From contig CAKKNE010000002.1 of NCBI GenBank assembly GCA_918797485.1, positions 3,720,001-3,784,000 on the forward strand: a DNA stretch of 64,000 nucleotides, in the 5' to 3' direction. A model generated the notes under the pieces. That model searched no databases, had not been told where the DNA came from, and saw only the letters and a list, made by a program, of their open reading frames with translations. A program made the translations under genes and the position numbers. Positions 30,915-41,447 of this stretch are shown here, piece by piece. Origin of the DNA: Pelagomonas calceolata. Its lineage: Eukaryota. Position 1 is the first letter of the stretch; each line of letters starts with the position of its first letter.

Positions 30915-32028
30915 CTAGCCGGGGTCGCGGGGTCCCCGAGGGAGTGGGTGTTGGTCCCGGCCTACTCGGAGAGGCCGTGGAAGAGTCCTGAGAAGGGTGC
31001 CCATCCTCTGCTCCCCCGCAGCGAAGGGAGCGCGTAGGTCCGGGACGATGCCGTCGCGCGTCCTCTTCGACTTTTCACGAAAATATCGCCCTCGCGCCGC
31101 GCCGCGGATGAGGTCCTCGAAGGCGCCGTGGACCTGATGTATGACGGGCACATCCGCCTCCCGGAGCGTGTCGCGCAGCTCCAGCTCCATCGCCGACGAC
31201 CAGATCGTCCGCGCCCCATACTTGTTACAGAGCCGCGTCGAGGTGAAGAAGATGTCGCCGCGCGGGTCGACGCGTAGGCCGGTGTCGCCGATGAGCGTAC
31301 CGACCCACGGCGCCATGGCCGGCGACGCCAGGCCGAACGAATTCGAGACGACCTCCGCCCAGAAGCGGTTCTTCAGGCGCAACACGCTATGCGGAATCGC
31401 CTGCAGGGTGGAAATCAAACATAGGGCTGGGTGCACCCATAGGAATATTATTAATTAACTAACTATCATTTCGGCCGGCAGACACCTCCTAAAAATTCCG
31501 CGCGCGCGCGTTACCCCCCCTCTGGCGCGTAACTAGGGTAACACGCGATGCTCAACATCCGCCTCCTGAGCCCCCCACAGACCACCCTAGGCACAGTTCG
31601 AGGCCTGTGGGATCATTATTACACCGAATTTCGCCCGTTTAGGTCTTGTTTTGGACCTAGGTGACGGGTTTTGCTGATTTAACCCCCCTCCCTCTACTTC
31701 AACTTTACGTTGAACTTCAGTCTGACGCGGCATAAATATCCGAGGTTTACTCCTATAATATTTTGATTTCTACCCTGATCGCCTGCCAGAACGAGCGAGC
31801 CGCCTTGCACGCTTGCGCGCTCATGAACGACTCGCGTCGCGCGTCGTCACCCGGCAAGGCCGATAACTCTGCCTTCAGCACCGCAGCGGCGGCGGCCTCG
31901 CGTTGGCGCGAAACCTCGCGTTGGACGCGTAGAATCGGGAGACCGTTGTCGTCGAGGCCCGCGTCCTCCACGGGCACGGCGAGCGGGCCCACCTCAATGT
32001 CGCCGCGTTGCGCGTCACACCTCATCAA
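30915..32028 (-). mobile_element. Truncated non-LTR retrotransposon-like ORF (CRE/RLE-type C-terminus), interrupted by a MITE
   Basis: The two ORF pieces join as SFWQAIPHSVLRL once 31404-31785 is removed. VDPRGD..C..GART and RDGIVPDL resemble a degenerate zinc-knuckle/RLE region; family call from memory. Confidence 0.5.
31404..31777. mobile_element. hAT-like MITE, 374 bp, related to the introner family
   Basis: TIRs CAGGGTGGAAATCAA / TTGATTTCTACCCTG (14/15); perfect TSD ATCGCCTG (31396-31403, 31778-31785). Confidence 0.92.
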
Positions 32029-32120
32029 CTAAGCCCGGACCCCCCGAAACGAAGTAAAACAGGTTTTTTTATAGAGAGGGACGCGGCACGGCCTGCAAGC
32101 GCCACACAGCATCGCGCGTC

Positions 32121-35100
32121 ATGCAGCCGGCGACCTACGCCTCGGTGGCGCACGTCGGCTGGGAGCGGAGCATCCGCTGGGAGGCGCCGGACGACGACGA
32201 CGCCGCGGAGCGCGCCGCGCCCATCGTCGGCGGCGACGCCCGCGTCGCGAGCGGCGCCTGGACGCGCGCCATCCGCTGGGACGGGGACCAAACCGCCGCG
32301 CCGAGCGATGAAACGACGCACGCGCCCGCGGACGAGGACGCGCGCGCCGCGCGCGCGTACCGCGAGCCGGCGGGCCGGCAGTCGCGGCGGCGCGCGGCGG
32401 GGAACCAGCGCCTGCCCAAGGCCGCGAACGCGCGGCCGGCGCAGCTGCACCGCTTCGTGAGCGCGGACACGGCGAACCGCGCCCGGGAGCTCTTCCACCG
32501 GCCGCGCGTCGACCACCGGCTGCTGCGGGCGCCGTGGCGCCTCGCGGCGCGCGGGCGGTCGGCGGCGCAGCGCGGCGCGCGGCAGCTGCGGGCGCGGTCG
32601 CTGGACCAGGTCCGCGCCGAGGACCTCCGGGCGGGCGACGGCGACCTGTTCGTGGGGGAGCTCTCCGAGGAGCGGCCGGGCCTCGTGGCGAACCCGGGCA
32701 TGAGCTTCGCGCTGTGCCGCCTGCGGCGCGGCGTCGAGGGCCGCGCGTCCGACGACGACGACGACCGCGACGGCGTCGCGGTCGACCTAGGGATGGAGGC
32801 GCCGTCGCCGCTGCTCGGGGACCTGCCGGAGCCCGGCCGCGAGCTCCTGGTCGGCGTCTCGAACTTGCAAAGGCGGCCGGTCTTCCCGCACGCGTCGCGC
32901 GACTTCCTGCTGTGCCTCCGGCCGCGGCTGCGCAAGGACCTCGGCAAGGCCGCGGAGGTGGCGTGGACCTGCCGGCCGCTGCGGAAGCACGTCGTCGCGG
33001 CGCTCGGCCAGGGCGAGCCGCGCATCGAGGTGCCGCCGGCCGGGTCGAAGCGGTACGCGGCGCTCCAGGAGCCGCTCGCCGCGTTCCACATCGCGCGCGC
33101 GCTGCTGGCCAAGAGCTCGGCGGCCAAGGGCGACGTCAAGCACGCGACGTTCCCGGCGTCCGACCTCGGGCGCGCACTCTTCGCGTCGGCGCCCGCGCCG
33201 CTCGCGCTGGTGAAGCGCGCGGCGGCCGAGGTCGCCGAGCGCGTGCGCGACGTGCACGGCGAGGCGCTGAAGAGCGTCGAGGGCGAGGACCTCTGGACGC
33301 ACCGGGCCCAGGCGGTCCGGCCCGACGACGTGGCGCTGCGCTTCGCGCCCGAGGACGTGTGCGCCTACGAGTCGGCGTCGGCGTCGCTCAAGCGGCTGAA
33401 GCACCTCGGGTTGCGGCGGCCGCAGCTCCTGGGCGGGCCGGCGGGCGTCGCGCCGGCGTGCCGCAAGCTCTTCGAGGTGAAGCGCGCCGCGGACGCGCGC
33501 GCCAAGGACCTCGAGACGCGCGCCCGGGGCGACCCGGGCCCCGCGCCGTCCCTCGGGGACCTGTGCGCGGCGGCCCGGCGGCGCTGCGCGGAGGCGGACG
33601 CGACGCTCCGCGCCGCGATGCGCGTGCACGAGGAGCTGAGCTTCGCGCCGGCGCACCTGACGAGCGGGTTCTGCGACGCGGTCCTGAAGAAGACGCAGCA
33701 CGCCGTGCTGCGGCTCGAGGGCCCCGGCGACCCGAGCGGCTGCGGCGACGCGTTCTCGTTCGCCCGGTCGACGCTGCGGGAGCTGCGGCGGGGCGACGTG
33801 ATCCACAAGGCGTCGGGCCAGGCCGTCAAGGAGGCCTACGACGAGCGCGTCAACGCGATCGCGCGGCGGCAGCGGCACGCGCTGTCGGGCCGCGGCCACG
33901 ACGGGGCGCACGTGGAGGACGACGCGCTCAAGGACCTGCGGGGCGGCTTCGTGGGCCGCGGCGCGCGGGGGCCCTACGCCACGTCCAGCGGCTACGACGC
34001 CGCCAAGGCGCAGAAGGCGCGGGACCAGAACAAGCGGCGGAAGGGCGGGTCGCACGGGCGGCGGTCGCCCGTCGAGGCCGACGACGACCTGGAGGACCTC
34101 GAGGCGGACCTCGAGCAGGACCTGCTGCAGGGCGAGGCCAAGGACGAGGACGAGCGGCAGCTCGAGTCGTTCCGGCGGGCCCTGCAGCAGGAGAGCAACG
34201 TCCAGCAGGCGAGCGGGCCGCCCAAGTTCCTCGTGCGACGGCTGACGCGGCGGCTGGTCCACGGGCGCGAGGTCGTCGCGGTCACGTTCGTGAACAGTTC
34301 GCACGAGGTCGACCGGGTGGCGCGGCGGACGGGCGTCTCGCTCGAGGCCGACGACGACGCCCTCGTGCTGGACGTGCCGCTGGACGACCGACGCCAGGCG
34401 CCGGGCCCCAAGAAGCTCACACTGCGCCTCGGGGCGAAGGAGGAACCGAAGAAACGCACGGGCGCCGTCAAGCTCAACCTCACGAAACTGCGGGGCCGCG
34501 CCGACGACTACAAGGCGGAGGCCAAGCGCCAGAAGGCCGAGCAGCAGCGCGCCGAGGCGGCGGCCTACCACCGGCCCGTCGCGAAGCGCGAGGGCCCGCG
34601 CGCCGACGCGCAGAACAAGCCCCACGTCCAGCTCGCGAAGCTGCTGCGGCAAGAGTGCCTGAACCCCATGTACGCGCGGCCCGGGTGCCGACCCTTCGTC
34701 CGGCCCGTCTCGACGAAGACGTTCCCGCTGTACAAGACGAAGATCACCAAGCCGATGGACCTCTCGACGATCAAGTCGCGGCTCGAGCGCTACGTCTACC
34801 GGGACCGCGAGGGCTTCATGGCGGACATGGACCTGATCGCGACGAACTCCATCACGTTCAACGGCCCCGAGCACCCGATCTCCAAGGAGGCCCTGGCGAT
34901 GGCGCGCGCGGCGCGCGCGGCGTGCGACTCGTTCGACGACGAGCTGGGCGCGCTGGAGCGGGCGACGAAGGCCATGATGGCGGCGGCGCCGAAGCGGCGG
35001 CGGGCCTCGCCGCCGCCGGCGGCCGCCGCGCCCGCGCCCGCGCCCGGCGACGGCGTCGCGCTCGCCTTCGCCGGCATCGGGCGCGCGCCGGTGCCGACGA

Positions 35101-35324
35101 ACGCGCGGACGCCGCCGACGTCGCCGCCGCCCCAACTCGCGCCGCCGGGCGCGCCCGTGCGCCAGGCCTCGACGGCGCCCCAGCAACCGCTGCTCCGCGT
35201 CGCGGCGGCCCGGCCGGCGGCGACTTCCTCGCCGCCGCCGAGCACGCCGTTCCTCGCCGCCGCGCTGGCGGACGACTCGTCCTCGGGCGAGGAGGAGGCC
35301 GTCGGGGGCGGGGCGATTAATTGA
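32121..35324 (+). CDS. TAF1: TFIID subunit 1-like protein with C-terminal bromodomain
   Basis: LSEERPGLVANPGM, GQGEPRIEVP, PEDVCAYES, GPGDPSGCGDAFSF; bromodomain PFVRPV...PMDLSTI...NSITFNG. Confidence 0.85.
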   Translation: MQPATYASVAHVGWERSIRWEAPDDDDAAERAAPIVGGDARVASGAWTRAIRWDGDQTAAPSDETTHAPADEDARAARAYREPAGRQSRRRAAGNQRLPKAANARPAQLHRFVSADTANRARELFHRPRVDHRLLRAPWRLAARGRSAAQRGARQLRARSLDQVRAEDLRAGDGDLFVGELSEERPGLVANPGMSFALCRLRRGVEGRASDDDDDRDGVAVDLGMEAPSPLLGDLPEPGRELLVGVSNLQRRPVFPHASRDFLLCLRPRLRKDLGKAAEVAWTCRPLRKHVVAALGQGEPRIEVPPAGSKRYAALQEPLAAFHIARALLAKSSAAKGDVKHATFPASDLGRALFASAPAPLALVKRAAAEVAERVRDVHGEALKSVEGEDLWTHRAQAVRPDDVALRFAPEDVCAYESASASLKRLKHLGLRRPQLLGGPAGVAPACRKLFEVKRAADARAKDLETRARGDPGPAPSLGDLCAAARRRCAEADATLRAAMRVHEELSFAPAHLTSGFCDAVLKKTQHAVLRLEGPGDPSGCGDAFSFARSTLRELRRGDVIHKASGQAVKEAYDERVNAIARRQRHALSGRGHDGAHVEDDALKDLRGGFVGRGARGPYATSSGYDAAKAQKARDQNKRRKGGSHGRRSPVEADDDLEDLEADLEQDLLQGEAKDEDERQLESFRRALQQESNVQQASGPPKFLVRRLTRRLVHGREVVAVTFVNSSHEVDRVARRTGVSLEADDDALVLDVPLDDRRQAPGPKKLTLRLGAKEEPKKRTGAVKLNLTKLRGRADDYKAEAKRQKAEQQRAEAAAYHRPVAKREGPRADAQNKPHVQLAKLLRQECLNPMYARPGCRPFVRPVSTKTFPLYKTKITKPMDLSTIKSRLERYVYRDREGFMADMDLIATNSITFNGPEHPISKEALAMARAARAACDSFDDELGALERATKAMMAAAPKRRRASPPPAAAAPAPAPGDGVALAFAGIGRAPVPTNARTPPTSPPPQLAPPGAPVRQASTAPQQPLLRVAAARPAATSSPPPSTPFLAAALADDSSSGEEEAVGGGAIN

Positions 35325-35668
35325 TTTATTATGGTGTTCAAGTTCGCTTCTAAATTGTAGCCACGCCTTCAAGTTGCTTTGCTTAGAGCTAGGCCGCCTA
35401 GCCACCAACGACGCCTTACTCCGCGAGAAAGGTTTCGCAGTAGTAAAAGCATTTGGTAAGGCTGCAGGGACTCGGATAATATCGACCGGCCGGTCCTTCT
35501 ATCGATCCGACGAGCAAAATCTCTCGGTTGTGGATTCTCTAGCACGTCGTCAAAAATCTCTACTCGGTACTGGTATGTGTACATTACGGCCCTTTTTACC
35601 GCACCAACTGAGCACCTCTGCGAGCTGCTCTGTGCCTTGAAACAGGCGTTTTACGCCAGTTATCTATT

Positions 35669-37000
35669 ATGCCCGTGACCTGCGTGGCGCGCGCCTTTTA
35701 TGCTGAGTTCGACGACGTCAAGGGCCCGGTGGTCCTCTACGAGGAGCCGCCGGGCTGCCTGACCCGGGACGAGGAGGGCCGGCGCATCTGGGAGTGCTTC
35801 GGCGACTACGTGATCACGGGCCGGGAGCCGCTCGACGGCGTGGCGGTGCGCGCGCGCGCGGGGCGGGACGCGGTGCTCTGCGTGCCGCAGATCCTGCGGA
35901 GCGAGACGCGCTACGTGCGGAACGCGTTGCTCTTCGGGCTGGGCGTGGCGGTGCCGGGCGCGGACCTCCCGGCGGCCACGGGGGCCTGCCTGCCGGCGCT
36001 GCAGCGCCTCTCGCGATCCCTGAGGGCGCTCGAGGCGGAGGCCCAGGACGCGTCGTGGGCCGCGCGCAAGGAACGATTGGAGGCGGCGCTGCCGGCCGTC
36101 CTCGAGGCGCTGGAGCGCGCCGCGGCCCAGGCGTGCCGGCGGCACGTCCCGCCGGCGCCGCCGACGCCGTGGCCCGCGACGCGCGACCCGAACGTCCTGG
36201 CCCTCGCGCGGCCCTGGCTCAGCCGCAGAAACGCCAAGGCCTCGGTCGTGCACGGCGGCCTGGACGAGCGGCGGCCGCCGCCGGCCGTCGAGCCCTACGA
36301 GGTGCCCATTCTGCTCGCGCGGCCGCGCGACCTCCTGCGCCTCTCGTCGCACCGGTACGGGGACGACGCCTGGGACCTCGCGGTCCAGCAGGTCATCCCG
36401 CACGTCGACGGCGTGCGGTCCGCGAAGCAGCTGGCGCGCGCGGCGCGCGTCGACCTGGACGTGGTGCTCCGGTCGCTGCGCGTCCTGCGCCACTACCGCT
36501 GCCTCGCCGTCGTCGACACGTTCCAGTACCAGAACGTCTACCGCGCCACGGACCGGCTCTCGCGGCTGGCGGCGTCGCGGCGCGCGCTGGAGGGCTGCGC
36601 GCGGTTCTGCTTCCGCGGCGAGGCGCGCAAGAGCCTGCAGGGCCTCGACGCGCTGCGGCTGTACTGCGCCTTCCAGGACGCGCGGAGCGTCAAGGACGTG
36701 CTGCTCGAGGCGGCGCGGGCGGCGCCCAAGGTCGTCGCGGCGCTCGACGCTCGCGCCTTCGTCGCGTTCGGCCTCGTGCACGGCCTGCTCGTGCGCGTGC
36801 ACCGCTTCCCCGTCGCGGTGCGCGCGGCGCAGCCGTCGCGGGCGCGGACGCCGCCGCCGCCCTTCCTGGACCGGCTCGTGTTCCTGTGCGACGGCTCGCG
36901 GCGCATGGACGCCGTCTGCACGGACGTGGACCTGCCCGCGGCGCGCTGCGACGCCGAGCTGCGGGAGCACGGGTACGCGACGATCGATGTGTATAGGTGA
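35669..37000 (+). CDS. NPRL2: GATOR1 subunit NPRL2
   Basis: FYAEFDDVKGP, RYVRNALLF, WDLAVQQVIPHVDG, DTFQYQNVY. Confidence 0.88.
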   Translation: MPVTCVARAFYAEFDDVKGPVVLYEEPPGCLTRDEEGRRIWECFGDYVITGREPLDGVAVRARAGRDAVLCVPQILRSETRYVRNALLFGLGVAVPGADLPAATGACLPALQRLSRSLRALEAEAQDASWAARKERLEAALPAVLEALERAAAQACRRHVPPAPPTPWPATRDPNVLALARPWLSRRNAKASVVHGGLDERRPPPAVEPYEVPILLARPRDLLRLSSHRYGDDAWDLAVQQVIPHVDGVRSAKQLARAARVDLDVVLRSLRVLRHYRCLAVVDTFQYQNVYRATDRLSRLAASRRALEGCARFCFRGEARKSLQGLDALRLYCAFQDARSVKDVLLEAARAAPKVVAALDARAFVAFGLVHGLLVRVHRFPVAVRAAQPSRARTPPPPFLDRLVFLCDGSRRMDAVCTDVDLPAARCDAELREHGYATIDVYR

Positions 37001-37299
37001 AATTACTGAAATGATTGGGAAATCCCGATATAAAACGGTACGGGTTTCGCAGGTCAGCCATTAGAGTTGTTCAACCAGGGCTAGCTCATAGTCCTCTCTT
37101 TACTCATACAGGTGGCGGTGACACGACTCGGCCTGGGCATGTGGCAAACGATTACAATCCTCCAGTGCCCTCCCAGGCAGACCCTGCTCCCCGACCCGAC
37201 GGTGAAGACGTGACGCTGGATCCGGACCTTTAGAGGCCTGGTTCTAGTGCGTCCATCCCCCAGGGACTAGGCTAGCGTCCCCAAAACCGAGTAACGACC

Positions 37300-37369
37300 G
37301 AGCAGGGAGAAGGCTCCTAGGAGCTTGTTCCTTTTTTTTAGGTCTTCCTTAATTAATTTATTTTATTTT
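37300..37369. repeat. Dispersed ~60-bp repeat with AT tail, copy 2
   Basis: Matches 10540-10598. Confidence 0.8.
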
Positions 37370-37576
37370 CTAGCTACTAACCATTAGAGTTGAGCCATTC
37401 AGAGCCGACTGGGGGAAGCTTATGCTAAGGACTAGGGACTAAACCCCACCGTGCTGCAAGTCGTCCGGAGCCGTCCCCGGCGCCGCGCCCGTCTCAGCAT
37501 AGAACGCGCCGAACTCGGGCTCCCCGACTACATACCGAGTGCGCTGCCGGGCAGCCCAGAACCCCTGCGCGCGATT

Positions 37577-38035
37577 ATGGACGAAGACGCCTTCAAGGAG
37601 TCCCTGATCGGGCTGCTCGTAACACTCCCAGATTATCAGGGCGGCGGCCACGGCGTCATCAAAGACATAAAAGGAAACGTCGTGCAGGTCGTCGTGCTAG
37701 GCGACAAGGGCGAGACGATCGTTGCTTCCCACATGGACGAGCTCGAAGCCGTTCAGCCCCCCGCGGACACGCAATGAGCGCGTTCCCCTTCCGCGTGCCG
37801 AAGGGTTATCCACGAGCGCGGGGCCCGGGCGGTGCGGGCAGTTGGTACGCCTCCGGAGCTGACGCTGCGAGGCCGGGCGAAGACCGAGCACCGAGTCATG
37901 CAGTTTCTATGCAAGAATAAAACCGAGATCATCAGAAAGGTGCTCGCGTTCCGGCCCTGCCCGAACTTCGACCCGGATGAGCCCGAATTCTTGGAGCCGG
38001 CGGACGTCGTCATGCCTATGCCAGTGCTAAAATAA
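37577..38035 (+). pseudogene. Reading frame with one in-frame TGA (37775-37777)
   Basis: ORFs 37451-37777 and 37832-38035 share a frame and have coding-like codon use on both sides of the stop. Confidence 0.35.
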
Positions 38036-38128
38036 CTCTACTCTACTCTACTATCTGTCCACGCCGGGCGCGCCGCGCCGCCGCCGCGACGCCTCCACGA
38101 AAGGAGCTCGGGCATAGTAGTAGATAAG

Positions 38129-39472
38129 TTAGACGTCGAGCGCCTTCGCGCGCGCGAAGAGCGACTCGACGACGTCGCTCACGTTGCGGATCACGTCCAG
38201 CGCGCCGTCGTGCGTCGCGTCGCCGGCGAGCTCCGCGTGGAGGATGAGCTGGCCCTCGCCCTGGGCCAGGACGCCGCGCAGCTTCTTGTCGAGGACCATC
38301 TGCGCGAGCTTCTTCTCCACCTTGGCGACGGGCAGGCCGATGAGCTCCGCGACGCGAGCGATCTCGACGCGCGAGAACGGCTCGATGATGCGCCCGAGGT
38401 TCTTCTCGAGGATGCGGTCGTACAGTAAATCGAGGTGGTGCGCGATGAGCAGGTCCGACCGGAGCTGCGCGCCGTACTTGGCCGTGCACGCCTCGAACTG
38501 CGCGAGCGACCGCGCCTTCGCGGCGCGCGCGACGGCGGCCATCGAGTCCAGGTTCGGGCCGGCGTACTTGACGTACTGCGCGCTCGTCGCCGCGGCCGTC
38601 GCCGCGTCGAGCAGCGCGTCCGCGCCGCGCGCCGAGCCCTTGAGCGGCTCCTGCAGGATCTGGCAGAGCAGCATGTACTTGAGGCAGCGCGTCGCGTCCG
38701 CCTCGCGGTCGGGCAGCGTGTCGTAGGCCTCGTAGGCCTCCAGGAAGTAGCTGTGGGCCGTGTGGTAGTCCTGCTCCTCGCAGTGGAGGCTCCCCGACAT
38801 CTCGTCGAGCTCGGCCTGGAGCCGGGGCCCGACGTAGACGGCGTTGCCGTTCGTCCGCGCCGCCGTCAGGGCCGCCTTCGCCTTGGGCACGTTGCGCAGC
38901 GCGCCGTGGATCTTCGCCTCGACGAGGTGCGTCTCGACGAGCATCTGCTTGTCGTCGAGCTGCTTCAGCTCCCGCAGCAACCGCGTGACGAGGCTCAGCG
39001 CGTCGTCGTAGCGCGCGCGCTCGAAGTCGATCTGCACGAGCCGCGCCTCGACGCGCTGCCGCAGGAAGGTCCGCTTCTCGGCGCGGCACCACGCGACGAC
39101 CTTCAGGCACAGCTCCGCCTGGAGGTCGAGCGTGTCGGCGTGCGCCGCGACGATGTCCAGCAGCTTGCGCACGATCTTCGCGACCTTGGCCTTGGCGACC
39201 TGGCCGAAGAACGGCGCCGCGCGCTCGAGGAGCACGGCGACGTCGCCGAAGTTCTTGTTCTTCGAATCTCGCTCGGCGAGCTTGTAGACGCACTGCTCCT
39301 TGGCCCGCGCGCCGGCCTCGGTCAGCGCGTGCTCCGCGTCCGTGAGCACGGCGAGGTACGCGGCGCCGGGGTCCGACGCGTTCGCCGCGGCCTCGAACGC
39401 GACCTCGAGGGGGTCCGGCGGCGCCTCGGCGGCGTCGTCGAGGTCCATGGCCGTCGCCTGGAGGGCGTCCAT
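38129..39472 (-). CDS. RPN6: 26S proteasome lid subunit RPN6
   Basis: KAKVAKIVR, EKRTFLRQ, ELKQLDDK, KAKAALTAART, PCI domain. Confidence 0.95.
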   Translation of the reverse strand: MDALQATAMDLDDAAEAPPDPLEVAFEAAANASDPGAAYLAVLTDAEHALTEAGARAKEQCVYKLAERDSKNKNFGDVAVLLERAAPFFGQVAKAKVAKIVRKLLDIVAAHADTLDLQAELCLKVVAWCRAEKRTFLRQRVEARLVQIDFERARYDDALSLVTRLLRELKQLDDKQMLVETHLVEAKIHGALRNVPKAKAALTAARTNGNAVYVGPRLQAELDEMSGSLHCEEQDYHTAHSYFLEAYEAYDTLPDREADATRCLKYMLLCQILQEPLKGSARGADALLDAATAAATSAQYVKYAGPNLDSMAAVARAAKARSLAQFEACTAKYGAQLRSDLLIAHHLDLLYDRILEKNLGRIIEPFSRVEIARVAELIGLPVAKVEKKLAQMVLDKKLRGVLAQGEGQLILHAELAGDATHDGALDVIRNVSDVVESLFARAKALDV

Positions 39473-40349
39473 GGCGCTCCTGCGGCGCGACGGCGGGCCG
39501 CGGCGAGTCGAGTTAGGGACCCTCTATGGAAGGCGCTGGAAGGCGTGGCGCGAGCGTTTTCGCACCAGCGGTCCGCGCGGGCGAGAAGTTTCCAGCCCAG
39601 CCCAGCGGTCGCGCGGGCGGTCAGCGGCCAATGCTTGGACTGGGCCGTGGCGCGAAGGCATGCGGCCTGCTTGCTACGCATCCCTAGTGTCTTACCTGTA
39701 CAGGCCGCTAGCGCGCGGGATTTCCTCACGCGGGAGCCCTGGAAGCCGTAACCCGGGGACGGGATCTCCTCAAACTGGCTCATTGCCGAACTGCGGCCTG
39801 CTTGCTAGTGTCTTACAGGACGCTAGCAACGGGTCCGTACGCCTGGAACCAATATTTCGCCCCACGGACTTCTCTTCTTTAATGGACTCTGGCAACGTTA
39901 CATTTCATCAAGGTGCGTGGTTTTCCTACTAGCTTTCTGCAGCGCCGAGCCGAGCAACGCCGAGTCTTTGCTCTACCGTGCGTACATCCTCGCGCCGGCC
40001 GCCAGTGCATCGCCCTAACCAAACGAAAAGCGTGTCGTGCGTCGTTGCTGTGGGCGAAACGCCGACGAGGTGGCGCTGTTTGGAGCAACCTGACGAGCAC
40101 TAAGGCTGTAGAGTCTAAGACAAAGCTAAAGCTAAATCACTTGCGATCGAGCCCCGAGCCTCCAGAGCTCGCGGGTTTCTACGTCGACAGCCATTTTGGG
40201 GGTGGGTTCAATAAGCGACTCTCTCTCTCTACGCACTAGTCCTGAAGCACCGTGACGTATCCCACACTCGGCCGTTGCACGCACCCGGGGCCCGAGAGGG
40301 GCTAGCCACAATAACGTCGACGCAGGGGCTCCCCCACAATGGATTCAAG

Positions 40350-41147
40350 TTACGCCGCCTCCTCCTCCCCGCGGCGGAAGGCCGGGAACGGCACCGCGCC
40401 GCCCAAAAGCTCATCAACCCCGACGGCCTTGACGGCGTCGCTGACGCGGACCCACGCGCCCCGCGGGCCCGGCACGGCGCCGCGCACGAACACCAAGTCG
40501 CGGTCCGCGTCGACCGCGTGGACCACCAGGTTCTGCGCCGTCCGCCGCCGGCCGCCCATGCGGCCCGCCATCTTCTTGCCGCGCATGACGCGGCCCGGGT
40601 CCTGGCAGCCGCCCATGGAGCCGTGCGCGCGGTGCGTCTTGCTGACGCCGTGCGACGCGCGCTGGCCGCCGAAGTTCCAGCGCTTCATGGGGCCCTGGAA
40701 GCCCTTGCCCTTGGTCACGCCCTGGACGTCGACCTTCTGCCCCTCGACGAAGTGGTCCGCCCCGATCGCGAAGCCCCGCTCCAGCACCGCGTCGGGCGAG
40801 ACGCGGAACTCGGCCAGGAGGCGCGGCACCGCCCCGTCCTCGCAGAAGTGGCCCCGCGCCGCGGCCGTGGCCCGCGCGGCCCGCTTCAGGCCCGCGCCGA
40901 GCTGCAGCGCGGTGTACCGCTCCTTGGCCTCCGTCTTGACCTGGACGACGCGGCAGTTGTCCACGTGCAGCGCGGTCAGCGCGTGGCGCCGCCCGGAATC
41001 GTCCCAGGCGCCGACCATGCCGACCTTGACGGCGAGCGCGCCCGTCCGCCGCGTCACCTCCGCGCGGCGCGCGGACGGGCGGCCGTGGCTCTGGGTGTGG
41101 CGCACGAAGCGGCGCGCTAAGTGAGAAGCGCGGCGATGGAGGAGCAT
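40350..41147 (-). CDS. MRPL3: Mitochondrial ribosomal protein L3
   Basis: KVGM, GQKVDVQGVTKGKGFQG, ASHGVSKTHR, PGRVMRGKKMAGRMG; Arg-rich presequence. Confidence 0.92.
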   Translation of the reverse strand: MLLHRRASHLARRFVRHTQSHGRPSARRAEVTRRTGALAVKVGMVGAWDDSGRRHALTALHVDNCRVVQVKTEAKERYTALQLGAGLKRAARATAAARGHFCEDGAVPRLLAEFRVSPDAVLERGFAIGADHFVEGQKVDVQGVTKGKGFQGPMKRWNFGGQRASHGVSKTHRAHGSMGGCQDPGRVMRGKKMAGRMGGRRRTAQNLVVHAVDADRDLVFVRGAVPGPRGAWVRVSDAVKAVGVDELLGGAVPFPAFRRGEEEAA

Positions 41148-41447
41148 TTGTTTGCCGTCGTCGTACGCGCGGAGCAGCGCCTGGCGTCGTGCGCTTTTAG
41201 GCGAGGGTGTCCGGTGTGCTGGCTCGAGCGATGCGTTTCGCGCAGCCGACAGGAGTCCCTCGCGTCTCGAAAAAATATTTTCGGGCTGCAAAGGTGGCGT
41301 GGAGAGATAGGCTTGCTAGAGAGGGGCTAGCGACCAGTAAGACACTAGGCATCCCTAGCAAGCCGCCGGGGCCGGGGCCGCCGCCGCATTTATCGCCACA
41401 AGCTCATAGCTACCTCGCGGTCTTTCTGACTGGTCGTAGATCGCGCC

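Noticed and set aside
20190..35408. Very long antisense and alternate-frame ORFs (e.g. 20190-23957, 24530-27364, 32787-35408)
   Set aside because: Expected shadows of genes with extreme GC3; Arg/Ala/Pro-rich with no domains.
37775..37777. In-frame TGA as possible selenocysteine
   Set aside because: No CxxU/UxxC context and no SECIS that I could identify; a nonsense mutation is simpler.
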